Shown: positions 25,391-37,949 of the stretch, piece by piece
How the letters are laid out: each line of letters begins with the position of its first letter
Position numbering within the stretch: the first letter of the stretch is position 1
DNA from: Eledone cirrhosa
Lineage: Eukaryota
Direction: 5' to 3'
Assembly: GCA_964016885.1 (NCBI GenBank)
Contig: OZ024742.1
Span: 135,470,001 to 135,534,000 of the forward strand
Length of the DNA stretch: 64,000 bases
Notes under the pieces: generated by a model
Told to the model about the DNA's origin: nothing
What the model saw: the letters and a program-made list of their open reading frames with translations, nothing else
Database searches by the model: none
Position numbers and translations under genes: made by a program

Positions 25391-25580
25391 ATATATGAAC
25401 AACCGCCCGATTGTGGAACCAACCAACCAACCGGAAATTTATAAAAACATTTTATTTTTAAATGTTTAATTTATAATAAATTGGAGTAACCTCGGCTGGT
25501 GCGTGTGTTTCTTATTGGCAACATGACTCCCCCAAAGTATAACAATATATATATATATTATATATATATACACATATATA

Positions 25581-25920
25581 CAATGATATTCAATAAATGG
25601 AAACTATATATATAAAACCAGATGTATTCTATTATATATATAGTTCATGGGTACCAACACTTTCGTACGCGCTCATCAAATAAAATACAAAGTTTGTTTT
25701 ATAAATTTTGACATTAACGGTTCAAGTTTTTCTTGGATAGTTTTTTATCAAAGGAAAACTTGAACCGTTAAGGTATCTTTTTTTGCTTATGTCAACATTT
25801 ATAAAACAAACTTTGTATTTTATCTGATGAGAGCGTACCAAAGTGTTGGCACCCTTGAAATATATATAATAGAATAAATATGGTTTCATAAATATAGTTT
25901 CCATTTATTTAATATCATTG
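25581..25920. repeat. ~340 bp imperfect foldback palindrome
   Basis: caatgatatt...aacactttcgtacgcgctcatcaaataaaatacaaagtttg...ttaacggttcaagtttt is mirrored on the right. The arms contain a ctgatgag..cgtac(g)aaa motif. Confidence 0.9.
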
Positions 25921-26046
25921 AATATTATACTCCAGAGAACCAGTCGAGTGCTCTGAATAAGTTATAAACATTTATATTTGTTGAATTACCAACAAATTGA
26001 ATATCCCTTTGCTTATACACACGCACACACACACACACACATACAC

Positions 26047-26109
<63 letters not shown>

Positions 26110-26664
26110 ACACAAACATTTTCAGGCCTTCATATATCAAAATATAAATAATATACCGTTGTAATATCAGTCCCTAAAATATTCAGCCTGTTAAAGAAAC
26201 ATCTCCCACCACAATATAAATATGAAGTATTCAAAATAATTCTCATCAGAATTCCGTGGTCGACGACATTTTGTACAAAGTATAACTGAACGGAAAATTA
26301 TACCAAATAGTTTCGTATTCCTAATTCCTTTCTGGTTGAAATATATGGGATCCTTCGTATGGCTTAACTCATAATCAACGCCACTTAATGGATTCGGATC
26401 GATTTAAGAAATATCAGCTACATGAAATATTGAAGGTATTAATGTTGATACCAGCTACAAAAAGTAAGTAATTAAAGCTGAGGTTATTTGTCATTCCTCT
26501 GAATGTATTTAGTCTCACCTTCTATTAAGTTTTACAGTAATATGCACATAATTGGCTGTTGAATACAGCTATATGTAAACCCAGCCCCTTGAAAATGTCT
26601 ATAGGCTCCTTCTTAAACTTATCCATAATGTGGCTATTCATATTCGCTTAACGAGTGGAGTGGA

Positions 26665-26868
26665 GCTCGACGGACCGAGGAAACAATGTTTCCTGTGGTC
26701 TTTCCAATTCCTAATAAAATCCACTGGTCGCAAATCCAGACAGGATTTAGTGAAGTCACGTGGCTGAGTCGTTAGAAGTTGGATTCGTTTGCAATTGTAA
26801 CTTTGTTAGTTCGATTCCCGGAATGGACTATGCATTACGTACTAGAGCAAGACACTTTATTTCAAGAG
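26665..26868. mobile_element. Two partial SINE family B copies in opposite orientation
   Basis: cggaccgaggaaacaatgtttcc...ggtcgcaa (minus-strand tail) is followed by cgtggctgagtcgttagaag...agttcgattcc...gagcaagacactttatttca (plus-strand head). Confidence 0.75.
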
Positions 26869-26871
26869 TGC

Positions 26872-26947
<76 letters not shown>

Positions 26948-27114
26948 CTAAGCTATCCAGCTTCACCCAGGAAACAGCTGATTAGAGAAGACATGTAGAA
27001 AGAACACGACTATATTAGAGGCGTTGTATAGTTTACAGTATAAGGCGAGACCGCAGTGTGTGCGTGTGTGAAAAATAAAAGAGTCAAAATATTATATATA
27101 TATATATTTATATA

Positions 27115-27461
27115 CTAGCTGACGTACCCAGCTTCGCCCGGGTAAACAGATGATAAGAGAAGACAGGTAAAAGAGAAAATGACTGTATTGGATGTTTGTC
27201 TGGTTACAGTGTGAGGTGAGTCCGTGGTGTCTGTGTGATACAAACACAGTAAAAAAAAATCTTCCAGATATACCAGATTCTTTGTTGTACCTTTTGTGCA
27301 TAGTATATGAACAATTATAGGTGCTGCCACCTACAATATTGACCTCTAGGAGATGGTTCATCTTCTTCCTGACTGTAAAACGTGTATCATTGCATAGACG
27401 TGGTTGTTCCACGTTTCTCAAAAGGATGATGGAAGTTCCAATCTTTTATATTATATATAGA
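27115..27461 (-). mobile_element. Non-autonomous mini-Helitron with a PIF1 helicase remnant
   Basis: 3' hairpin cccgggcgaagctggg + CTAG (27115-27118) followed by T; 5' TC-tatatataatataaaa; internal GTSIILLRNVEQPRLCNDTRFTVRKKMNHLLEV. Confidence 0.85.
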
Positions 27462-27489
27462 TATAGATATAGATAATTAATATAAAAGA

Positions 27490-27690
27490 TGATGCTCAGC
27501 CAGTTCGTCTTCAACCATTGCAGCACGCCGTCGCTGCTTGGCTCCAGTGTTTCGTTGGCGTTTTTCAGTCAGCTCTTCTTCATACATGGCGGCACGTCTT
27601 CGTCTCTGAAGTTCGGCGTTCCGATGGCGCTGTTCGGCCCGTTTTTCTTCATTCCTGGCTGCACGCCGTCACCGCTGTAGTTCACTGTTT
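27490..27690 (-). pseudogene. Fragment encoding 23-aa R/E/A-rich repeats (STPR-like), probably a Helitron N-terminus
   Basis: Manual translation NSELQR*RRAARNEEKRAEQRHR / NAELQRRRRAAMYEEELTEKRQR / NTGAKQRRRAAMVEDELAEH has the same period as the Helitron 2 N-terminus. Confidence 0.65.
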
Positions 27691-28346
27691 GATAAAGTCG
27701 AATTGCTTTTACTTTCTGTGGAATGCTGCATGCACGCACACACACATAAACATACGCGCACGTACATACACACACACACATGGTAATTATTACAGCGTTC
27801 ACTTTGCCTCTCTGTTTCTTACTCTCCCCTCTCACTCCCTCATTGGCATTATGCATATTAATTTAAGTTTGGCGTCGTTGAGGTGGGCGGAGTCGTTTGA
27901 TAACCTATGAACCAATGATAATCGAGAATTATGACCCACGGAATGCTGACATTGTTGAAATTAATATATATATGTGGGGGGTGGGGTGTAAAACAACCTT
28001 CGAATCGGAAACGCTGACCGCGAAACACGATCATCACTGAAAACGAACGTGCAGAAATAATCCCTTATGGTTGTTTCGCCAAGTGCTAGAAATAGCAGTC
28101 AAGTTGGTTAGCATACCCGAGATGTTTTCCTTCTTCTTTGATGTTATAAAATTAGTATCAATGAACCTTCTTGGTTATATATTTATACCATTGCTGTACT
28201 TACTTTTCGATTGTGTTTTCATTTGTGTGTGATGCGTGAAGACACCAACCAACCAACTAACAAACATCTCTCTATTTATATAATGTATCGATATACGCCC
28301 CTCTCAAACATACAAACACATATGCACACACACATATATACTTAAA

Positions 28347-28375
28347 GATAGAGAGAGGGGGAGAGGGAGAGATAG

Positions 28376-28466
<91 letters not shown>
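28347..28466. repeat. (GATA)n/(GA)n microsatellite
   Basis: Seen directly in the sequence. Confidence 0.97.
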
Positions 28467-28468
<2 letters not shown>

Positions 28469-29086
28469 AAAGGAGAGTGAAAGAAAGAGAGAGTTTTAGA
28501 TAGTTAGACAGACAGAATGACAGATGGATAGAGATCCTTTTCTATATATTAGTATGTATTTTAATATGTACGTATATCCGAATTTATATTTGCTTGACAA
28601 GTGCACACGGTTATTGGTTGCAGTGATGCCCTAGGCAAGAGTGACTATTTCTACCGCTAAATTAGGTAGCATTTATTAACAAAGTCTTATAAATGTACAA
28701 GCTTAACCGAAGATCTAAGTTTTCAGGCTTGTACAGAGCTGTCAAATTGTGACTTTTCGCTTTGTTAACTAAAGTGATAATAACAGTGCTAACATTTGGG
28801 GATATGAGTAAAATTAATCACATATTTTTGTGCAGGAATAAAGTAAGATAAAGAGATAGAAAACGTTTGCGTGTGTGTGAGCATATATGGGAGAAAGAGA
28901 AAGACTAGGTGTGAATGAGACTCTAATAGTGTTATATTAGTCATACTAGAGTTAAAAACCCGTCTTTACATGCAAGGTAACAGAACAAAATACACAGGCG
29001 TACTCACACATATATAACCCCCACACACAATCACGTGTATATATATTTATATGTCTATGTGTGTTTCTTTATGTATGTATGTATGG

Positions 29087-29996
29087 TCTTCTGGTTTTAC
29101 ATTTTTATAATTTTTTACCAATAGAGAGAGAGGGAGAGTCGGTTTCTAACATAGTTACAAGACTCTCCCATTGGAAATTCAAGTCATCAACTAGGTAGAT
29201 ATGTATGCATGTCTGTATGCATCCATGCGCGCGCAGGTATCCTTAACTATAATAAAGAAAGCAGTGCGGAACTGCATCCAGAATATATTTTTTATCCCGT
29301 TTGTAAAATAAGTTGGATTACTTTGAATAAATAATGAATGAATATTACATAATTCCTGTACTAATTTTCATAACACTTGATTAGATATATTTTAAAGATT
29401 CACTTCTTAAACCTTTTCCAATGTCGACACTTCCGGTTAGCAATCGGTTAAATAAACATTCATATATTTCCGTCACTATTTTTTTTCCTAATGCAGTTTA
29501 TATATAATATCATCTTATTTTAATGTATCATGGGTTACTTTACTGTTTACATAAGAGAGTGTAACGCAGTCTTCGTTCAATTTCTGTGCATATTGTCAAT
29601 TACGATTGCATTTGATTTATCATATTTCCATACATATATATTTGCGTATAATATAACTACACATATAATACACACTACACATGCTATCAGAAAACCACCC
29701 GAAGGGTAGTTTTACTGCTAGTGGATGTTAATGGATGTGAAGTTTTGAGTTATATGTGTACATGTGCATATGCTTTGTATTTGTACATGTGTACATGCGC
29801 TTATTAGATGCGGAATTTTTTGAATGTTTTACATATTTTTACTGTTCCATTAATGGATTGTACTTGTAATTTCCTAATTAGTCCTGTTGCTTCTGTTTCT
29901 ATGAAGCCCAGCTTCTCAATATTTCGACTGAGGCAGTTACTAACATATTATAGTGCCCCAATAATCACAGGTATAATTGTGAAGGTATAGTCACGG
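29087..29996 (-). mobile_element. 3' end of an R4/Dong-like (RLE) LINE, interrupted or in two pieces
   Basis: 29996-29804 translates YRDYTFTIIPVIIGAL*YVSNCLSRNIEKLGFIETEATGLIRKLQVQSINGTVKICKTFKKFRI*. 29087-29200 matches the terminal 3' UTR at 63032-63140. Confidence 0.7.
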
Positions 29997-30454
29997 TATG
30001 TATGTACGTACGTATGTATGAGTATGTATACAAATATATATATATATATATATATATAACAAATATCAAAGTGAAGAAGAAGGGTGCGTGTGTGTGTTTC
30101 TTCGCATGTTATTGAGTGTATTCTTCCAAACATCAGAATATACTAACACGCTATTAACGGGAGTCATAGTACTCTCATATATCACATTACAATACTATTG
30201 GTGTGACATTATAAACTGATATTGTAAGAAATGTAGATGTCAAACATTAACTGATTTCATGAATTATTATTTCAATATCCATTATAAATGATATGTTAAA
30301 TCATATGTTCGCAGCTGGAATCAACAAATAGTATGTGTTTATTTCGGTACTAATTGTTTGGTTGACTGTCTAGAGTCTGGACAGATGCAAAATGGATTTC
30401 ACTTCCGACATCGACGTCACCATCAACAGCAGCAGCTGCAACAGCCTCCTATTC

Positions 30455-30550
30455 ATTAATATTTTCAAAGTTATCGTCCACCTCATCATCATCATCATCA
30501 ACGCCATCATCATCATCATCATCATCATCATCATAATCATCATCAACATC
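30455..30550. repeat. (CAT)n trinucleotide repeat
   Basis: Seen directly; it produces the poly-D/M/I ORFs. Confidence 0.95.
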
Positions 30551-31768
30551 TTCAAATCTCACAGTACGTGCGGCTCGTCGCTTATAGAAAAGGTCCATAA
30601 CATGCATTATCTTAGATTTTACCAAAAGATTTCTCCACATCTGCGTCGAAACACTTCATTTTCATCTGCAAGAATATTTACCATTATATTTGGAAATATG
30701 CTACAGTGTTTTCCATTCCCCAAAACAGTTACCGCCCTTATACACACTCTTTAGCCTCTCAATTTCGACCAAAAATCGCAATAAAATACGCTTTCTAATA
30801 CTGATTATTTTACGCTTTCATAATGACCACTTTCATAATGACCGCTTTCATAATGACCACTGTATGTCCAGATTTACAGACAACATTTTCCCTTATATCA
30901 ATTATTAATTGTGCCTCGCATTGACAATTTGTTGTGAGTAATCGCACAGTTGGTACCAGCAGAATTCGATTGCGTCTAGCGTAAGAAACTTCATCTAAGC
31001 TGCACCACTTCCTGTCATATCATATCATTATAACATCTGCTTTCAGTGAACTCTCACAAGAACTATCACATTTGGTGTACTGCGATCGGCACTCATCTTC
31101 TCGAAGTTTATCCACCTTCACCTTAAAACATGTTGTCCTCAAATCTAGCAATGTCCACCCTATGCAATTGACAGCACTCATCGCTGGTCCTCCCCGTTCG
31201 TACTAGAATCTATTTATATTTAGTTTTGTTTATGAAAATAGACTATGCAGTTATACCAGACAGATCTTAGCATCCCCTGAAAGAGAGAAAGCTAGAGAAC
31301 GAGACTGAGAGAGAGAGGGAGAATCGAACAATTGAATACATTCGAGTTTCTTTATAGCTATCATAAGGACCCACACACGCATGCTGCAATCTGAGTTTTA
31401 GCCATCTGGATGAGATTATTTCATATCGCACAAGATATTGTAGCTGGAAACGTTTGTAATTTGATGAAACAGCATTTAATCTTAAGATAACTCGAATTAT
31501 AATTTCAGATTATTTATTTCGCTAAAGAATATTGATGTAGACCTAAAATATTTGAGTATGTTTTAAGAAATTTTCTGAGATATACTTCAGTTGACATCAA
31601 TTTAAATATAATTGTTGACTCCGTGTGTGCTTTATTTACTATGTATGAATTTATCACCAAACCTTTAGTTAGTGGTTACACATGAATGCCAGAAAGGATG
31701 AAAAAAACATCAACACTTTTGACCGTATTTCAAAAAAATTCTCAACTGCAAACTCCAACCCATCTGCC

Positions 31769-31805
<37 letters not shown>

Positions 31806-32487
31806 ATATAGATAGATAGATATATATGGTGGGGTATATCTGAGTGTGTGTATGTATACTACATTTTGATTAAAAAGAAAATGTTGTAGTTTTCATGTAT
31901 TTTATCTTCTTTTCATAAAAACGAGAAGTCAGGATTTTGTAAACTGAAATCTTTTCTTGGCATACGTTAGATAAACGTGAGTGACATTTCCTGGCCTAGG
32001 AATATACAGAAAGGGGATGGTTGATTTGATACCTCTATATTAGAAAGATAGACTTGTAAAAGTACGTTAACGAAACAATTAAAACTATTAAAAAAATAAG
32101 AAGCTAAACCTAAACAACAAAATCCCTCAAAACAAAAAGCTCAATCCTCGCAACCTCTAAACATACACACTGTCAAAAACATTTCAAAAACTAGATTAAA
32201 ATGAAATAAGAGCCACAAAATTATAAGAAACGTAAGAATGAGATAGTCATGATATTATGTCAGATACGGATATTGGATACTACTTTATACACCTGAGCAG
32301 ATAATATATACGCATGAGCCAAAGCAAAAGCTTCTATACGGTCAATTTATCTGCTGGAATTATCAACCATATTTCTATAGAATCAAACGTAACAAGAAAG
32401 CATTGGATATTGCAATCCTAAAAAACAAATACACACACACATACACATACATATATAATTCTTAATTACTCTCTTCTTCTTCTTCTT

Positions 32488-32518
<31 letters not shown>

Positions 32519-32599
32519 ATATTATTATTATTATTATACACTGCGGTAATTGCTGGCCTTGTACCAAAAATAGAAACATTATTATTATTATTATTATTA

Positions 32600-32800
32600 T
32601 TAAGCGCGGTGGATTTGCAGTATCAGTAGAGGGTCGGACGCCATGCTTTGACGCATTGAGTTACGCCCCTTGCCATCCTGAGTTCAAATCCCGCCGAGGT
32701 TAACTTTGCCTTTCATCCTTACGGGGTAGATAAAATAAAGTACCAGTAATACACTGGAGTAATAGTGCCAAAAGCATTGTGCCAAAAGTAGAAACAATTA
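32600..32800 (+). mobile_element. SINE family A copy
   Basis: gagttcaaatcccgccgaggttaactttgcctttcatccttacggggtagataaaataaagtaccag; very similar to 57635-57825. Confidence 0.85.
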
Positions 32801-32814
32801 TTATTATTATTATT

Positions 32815-33990
32815 ATTCGCGCACTTATTTCTGGGTGGTTCATGGTGACAGAGCTCTCAAACGCGCCTTCAAACGGGTCCTGTCGTAAGCAACCATCTGT
32901 ACTAGATCGGGCTGGATACCCAAACATGACCAGCCGAAATCATGGATGTTATCCAACCGTCATGCTCGGGGGTCTAAGCCTAGGGCACTCGTCAGTTGGT
33001 TTTGTCCATAGCATCTGTCCAGTGATTCTTTCCTGAGACATTCTAACAACGTATACGTAATATCGAAGCTGTAATCTCTCAATTCGGAAAAGTGGCGTTT
33101 CTACCTGGAGCGGCTCTTGGGTTACTCATTCTAACGAGTAACGCTACTCCAAAGGCTCTTTGAGGTGAACACCATTTCGGCCGGTACTATTCGCGATCAT
33201 GTTGTTTAGATCATTACCCAAGATTTATGATTATTGCTATGGGTTGGCGAGAATACCGACTTGAAGACTGTGAGTTTGGCTTTGACATCTACCTCACTTA
33301 TTCTGATCATGTAACGCTGAAACTGGTGCATTACTGCACCAGCCCCTGCAACTCGCACACTTAATTCAGGCTGTAAATGAACACGGCCACGAGATACTTC
33401 AACATTTCTACCTGCTTCAGAAGAACTCCACAAGTGCACTGCACTGGCTTCCTAAAAAAGACCTTTGTCTCAGTATTCGCAGCACTGACTTATATTGCTT
33501 GTTTGGCTATATTCATAAACCCCTTCGAAATAGTTCCCTTCTGTCTCCACTGTTCGAAGCCCGTGTAGAATGTTTCTTGTCGAATCAGTTTCATGTGCCG
33601 CGATCTAAACAATGTTCTCTTGGCCTCCAATGTGTGCTCCATTCAGTGGCAACTTTATTTATGAGAGAAAAGGAGGCATATCTCGAGACTAGGGTGGATT
33701 ACCGAATGAGAGAAATGTCTTTCTTTGACAAGAAAACTTGTATCAGGATCGCGAAATGAGATTCCGCATTGAAATGATGCACCTATCAATTTTGTGAGGA
33801 CAACCATTCCGGTTTTTTCCGCTGCATTGCAACGTAGCCGATTTGAGATTGACTCTATATACAAAGATACGATTATATGGCGAAGATACACACTTTTCAG
33901 TTCTTTGCAGGAATCCCAACAGTTGGTGAACGTTATCAACTATCGAGAAGATTCAAGGTTAGAAATAGGTATCATCATTCCTCACTAATT
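32815..33990 (-). mobile_element. RTE-clade LINE (Rex3/Expander-like) 3' fragment
   Basis: KAKLTVFKSVFSPTHSNNHKSWVM and PLFRIERLQLRYYVYVVRMSQERITGQMLWTKPT...PRLRP match the RTE C-terminal pattern. It ends in a (TAA)n tail. Confidence 0.7.
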
Positions 33991-34959
33991 GTTCAATGAT
34001 TGTTTAATAATTGTAGTGGTCATGACTCAATGAAGTCTGTAATAAACAAGGTTCAGCTTTATTTATATCATATAACGGTTCAAAAGTGACGGAGGAAATA
34101 ATTCAAGTCAAGCATCTACGTACAATATATTTCAATTTGGAATATAGCAAACTCGCACGCACACACACACACATATGTATATATATATATATATATATAA
34201 ATATATATATATATATTTGTGTGTGCGTATGAATATATGAATATATGTATGTAAATACGTATATATATATATATATATGCATGTATGCATGTGTGTATGT
34301 ATGGACGAATGAATGGAAGTATATAAATATATTTCGTTGTATAGTTTTTGAAACTGATGAATACCTAATGTACATGGAGTAAAATATTATATATAGAGAG
34401 AGAGAAGGGGGGGGGGGAGAAAGACAGACAGAAAGAATAGGAAAGAAAGAAAAGAAAAAAAGAAAGAAAGAAGGACAGAAATAAAGGAATAAATAAAGAA
34501 AGAAAGACAGAGATGAAGTAAGTGAAAGTGACAGAGAAAATAGATTTAAAGACTGAACAGAGCAAAATAAAAACGGTTAGGAAAAAACCCCGGCATGTAA
34601 AGGAAGACAGAGATTAAACTAAAGAATTTCTTTTCAAAGCGAGCTTTCTTGCTTCTAGCAAGTTTCGGTGTTATTGATTGGACATCATTAAAACGTTCAA
34701 TATAGTTTAAAGGGCTTCATTTGCAGCATTCACATAGTTTCTGAATGGCAATTCGACAGTCAAAGAGTTAAAAGCGCTAAAAAAGATGCAAATGCAGAAA
34801 TATAGATAGGGTGAGTTAAAAAGGGGAATGTGAAAACGAAGAGAGAATACAAGAGAAAAACATTGATACATAGAGAAACAAACAGAATGGAAAGTATGGT
34901 ATGTTTATTAGGATACAAACTCAAACACATATATCTATATCTATCAATTTCTGTCTCTG

Positions 34960-34977
34960 TCTCTCTATCTCTCTCTC

Positions 34978-35011
<34 letters not shown>

Positions 35012-35045
35012 TATATATATATATACATGTATGTATGTATGTATG

Positions 35046-35100
<55 letters not shown>

Positions 35101-35210
35101 CACCTATATATATACCAATATTTATGTATATATATATATATAAACATACATACATATATACATATATATCTTTATATATATATATGTGTGTATATATATG
35201 TATATATCTT

Positions 35211-35274
<64 letters not shown>

Positions 35275-35675
35275 TATTCACTATTTGCTTGTATACTTGT
35301 ATTTTATTCATTTGTGATGTCGATGTTTATAACGAATTTTGGAGAAGGCACAAAAGGAAGCAAGAAAGACAAGAAATCTTCCCTTTGTTGGATATGAGAA
35401 AATGCATTGATATTTATAAAGGCTATATATATATATATATATATACATACATATAGATGTATATATATATACATGTATATACATATATATATACATGTAT
35501 ATATATATATATATATGCAAACATGTATATATATATATAGAGAGAGAGAGCGTGATAAGTAGATAGATACGTATGTGTATGTATATATATGTAGATTTAT
35601 GTATATATATAAATATATATATATACATATATATACATATATATATACAATATATATACATAATATATATCATTT
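34960..35675. repeat. Compound (TA)/(CA)/(TG) microsatellite region
   Basis: Seen directly in the sequence. Confidence 0.95.
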
Positions 35676-36229
35676 GTATGTGAATAACTAAAGCTATCTA
35701 TGTGTAGGTGGAAGTTTCTTTGCTATTTCGCATATGTCCGCATCCATATAAGTGTGCGTATATTGGGGTATGTATGGTCGTATTAAAAAATGTACCTATA
35801 TATAAAGTATTGTTACTCACAAGCTCATCCATCCACCCATACATACATGTATACATAGAACATACGTTATATAGTTTTTTCTTGTGGTGTATATATGTTT
35901 TTCATATATGTCGGTGTTTATATGTATTTGCGTCAGCGTCCAAGGTCGTGTGTATGTTTTTCTTTTTTTCGGTTTAATCTTCATATTTATGTGTCTATCT
36001 ATTTATATGACTATCTATCTAGTTATGTGTCTATCTATCTATTAATGTGTCTATATATATGTTAATGTGTCGTTCTATCTATTTATGTGTCTATCTATCT
36101 GTTAATCTTTATATATATCAGCATTCCATAAATATTCTTATATACATATCTATCGTTCTATAAATCTGTACTTCTTATATACATTTTTCGATTTCACCAT
36201 TGTTGTAGTTGTGCTCATATTGAGGCTGA

Positions 36230-36545
36230 ATAATTAATGGTGTTCACATCTTTAACATTATGTCTCGGTCTCGAACTCTGTGTGGCAACTTAGGGAAGTA
36301 TCATTTACCATAATTTAGTGTCGATCCTTGTCTTGAGAGTGAAATTGTGTAGACTTAATCTCTTCGGAAGCCTATCGGGTGGACTTTACTTGTAATTCAA
36401 AGGCTCGACCTTCCACAAATTCTGTCAACCTGAATCTCCCCGAAGATTACAATATGGATACACGTGTTTGTGGGATGTTCAGTCAATTAGACTTTAATTT
36501 CATGCGTTAGATGATATATTTCAACGAACATCTGGTAACTATCGA
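36230..36545 (+). mobile_element. Degenerate SINE family D
   Basis: gtaattcaaagg...ctgaatctcccc...acacgtgtttgtgg...taatttca; similar to 775-950 (reverse complement) and 8280-8400. Confidence 0.5.
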
Positions 36546-37945
36546 AACTGGCCAAGATTTAGGGAAGAGATTGGTGCTTGTCGTCGAGGGTCTGCTAGGT
36601 GAGGTGAAAACTTGCATAATCCAGACCAGATCCATACACGACAACCTCAACCTCGTGCCTTACAGCATACAGAAGGTATAGAGTAAACCTGGCTTCATTG
36701 GGGGTTTCGGAACAGTTTCAGATCAAGTGATCGGTCCGTCAAGGGTGCTCTCTCTCTCTCTCTCTCTCGATCTCTCGATCTCGATCTCTCCCTCTCTCGG
36801 TCGCTCTCTCTCTCTCTCCTCTCTTCTGTACGAATTGACCCGCGAGCCTTTACTGTGGAATCTGAAGTAGTCGCAAGGCATCCACCTCGACCCGGGACGT
36901 GAAAAGAAACCTCAGAAATCAAGATGTTCTGCACCTAATTAGAGGAATATGAAAGGTTGGCGGGAGCAAAATTAAACGCGGAAAAATCGATGTGTTTGGA
37001 TCTCAACTTCTGGAGAGGCAAATCTACGTCGTTCTATAGATCCTGGATGGATGGTCCGGTGAAACTGCGCGTCATCTGGTTCGGACTAGATCTCCAGGTG
37101 GATGAGAACTAGGAGGACGTAACGAGCAGGGTGGCCACTCTCACCCAGAAATGGTCCGAGAGGAAGCTATCCCAGAAAGATCAGATGGAGATGGCGAACA
37201 CGTACATCGCAACCGTCTTATCATCGTCCTTACCCACGTTTGCACCTCACCAAATTGGAACGTCTGCATTTAAACTTCTTATTGAAGTGACAGGTTCCAT
37301 TGGTGATGCGGTCCATCTGCTGCCAGCAGCCACTGCGTGGTGGGTTGGGCATGCAGTGGCTGATGATGCGCGAACATTCGCTGAGGCTACAGCATCTTTA
37401 GATATTCTTAAACGGTGAACAGGTGTGGTTTCCGTTCGTAAACAGGTCTTTCCTCAACTCAAGACTTTGAGTGAACTGTAGCCCTGAATAAAGAAGTCAA
37501 CAAGTCTGGGCGCCTGGCATTGGAATGTTTCCAGAAGCCCACTGCTCTTTGAATAGTGAGCAATGCGCTCAGTTGGAATTTCAAACTCGATTCCTATGGG
37601 GGATTAGTGGTCGGCAAGTGTGACGACACTCGCGGAGACGCTCTGGGCGTCGAGGAACTGACAAGTCCGTTCCGGAGAACATTCGAGACGGGAAATATGG
37701 ATAACTGCTAGAAATCCCTCGCTTAACAGTGCTACTGTGGGGCATGGTCAAATCGAGATAAACTCTACAGGCACGGAAATGCTGTCAGACAGACCTGTCC
37801 AAGATGCACGCAGAGCGATGAAACCGTTCTGCATGCACTCATCCAGTGTCCGTGCATCACTGATGAGTGGAGTTATCTCGAACATCTATTATCATGTGTG
37901 GGATGGATCCAGCTATCATCCAAGTCCAGCCATCTCCTTTTGGCA
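36545..37945 (+). mobile_element. Tx1/L1-like LINE ORF2 fragment (RT to CCHC zinc knuckle)
   Basis: KRLVLVVEGLLGEVKTCIIQTRSIHDNL, SVRQGCSLS, LEEYERLAGAKLNAEKS, KWSERKLS, RDKLYRHGNAVRQTCPRCTQSDETVLHALIQCP; many stops and deletions. Confidence 0.85.
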
Positions 37946-37949
37946 GATA

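Larger units (their letters stand above)
22265..25548. mobile_element. Penelope-like retroelement (Naiad-like) in head-to-head inverted arrangement
   Basis: 22265-~22740 is an inverted copy of ~25070-25548. RT is on the minus strand; thumb and GIY-YIG are on the plus strand. Both terminal repeats carry an HHR-like motif, and TA tracts lie next to or near both ends. Confidence 0.9.

Noticed and set aside
25151-25548. SECIS element in the Naiad-like 3' UTR
   Set aside because: No AUGA/GA quartet stem with an apical AA is visible, and the inspected Cys codons are not TGA.
30449-30640. Acidic poly-D protein ORF
   Set aside because: A short ORF dominated by a (GAT)n repeat, with no recognisable domain.
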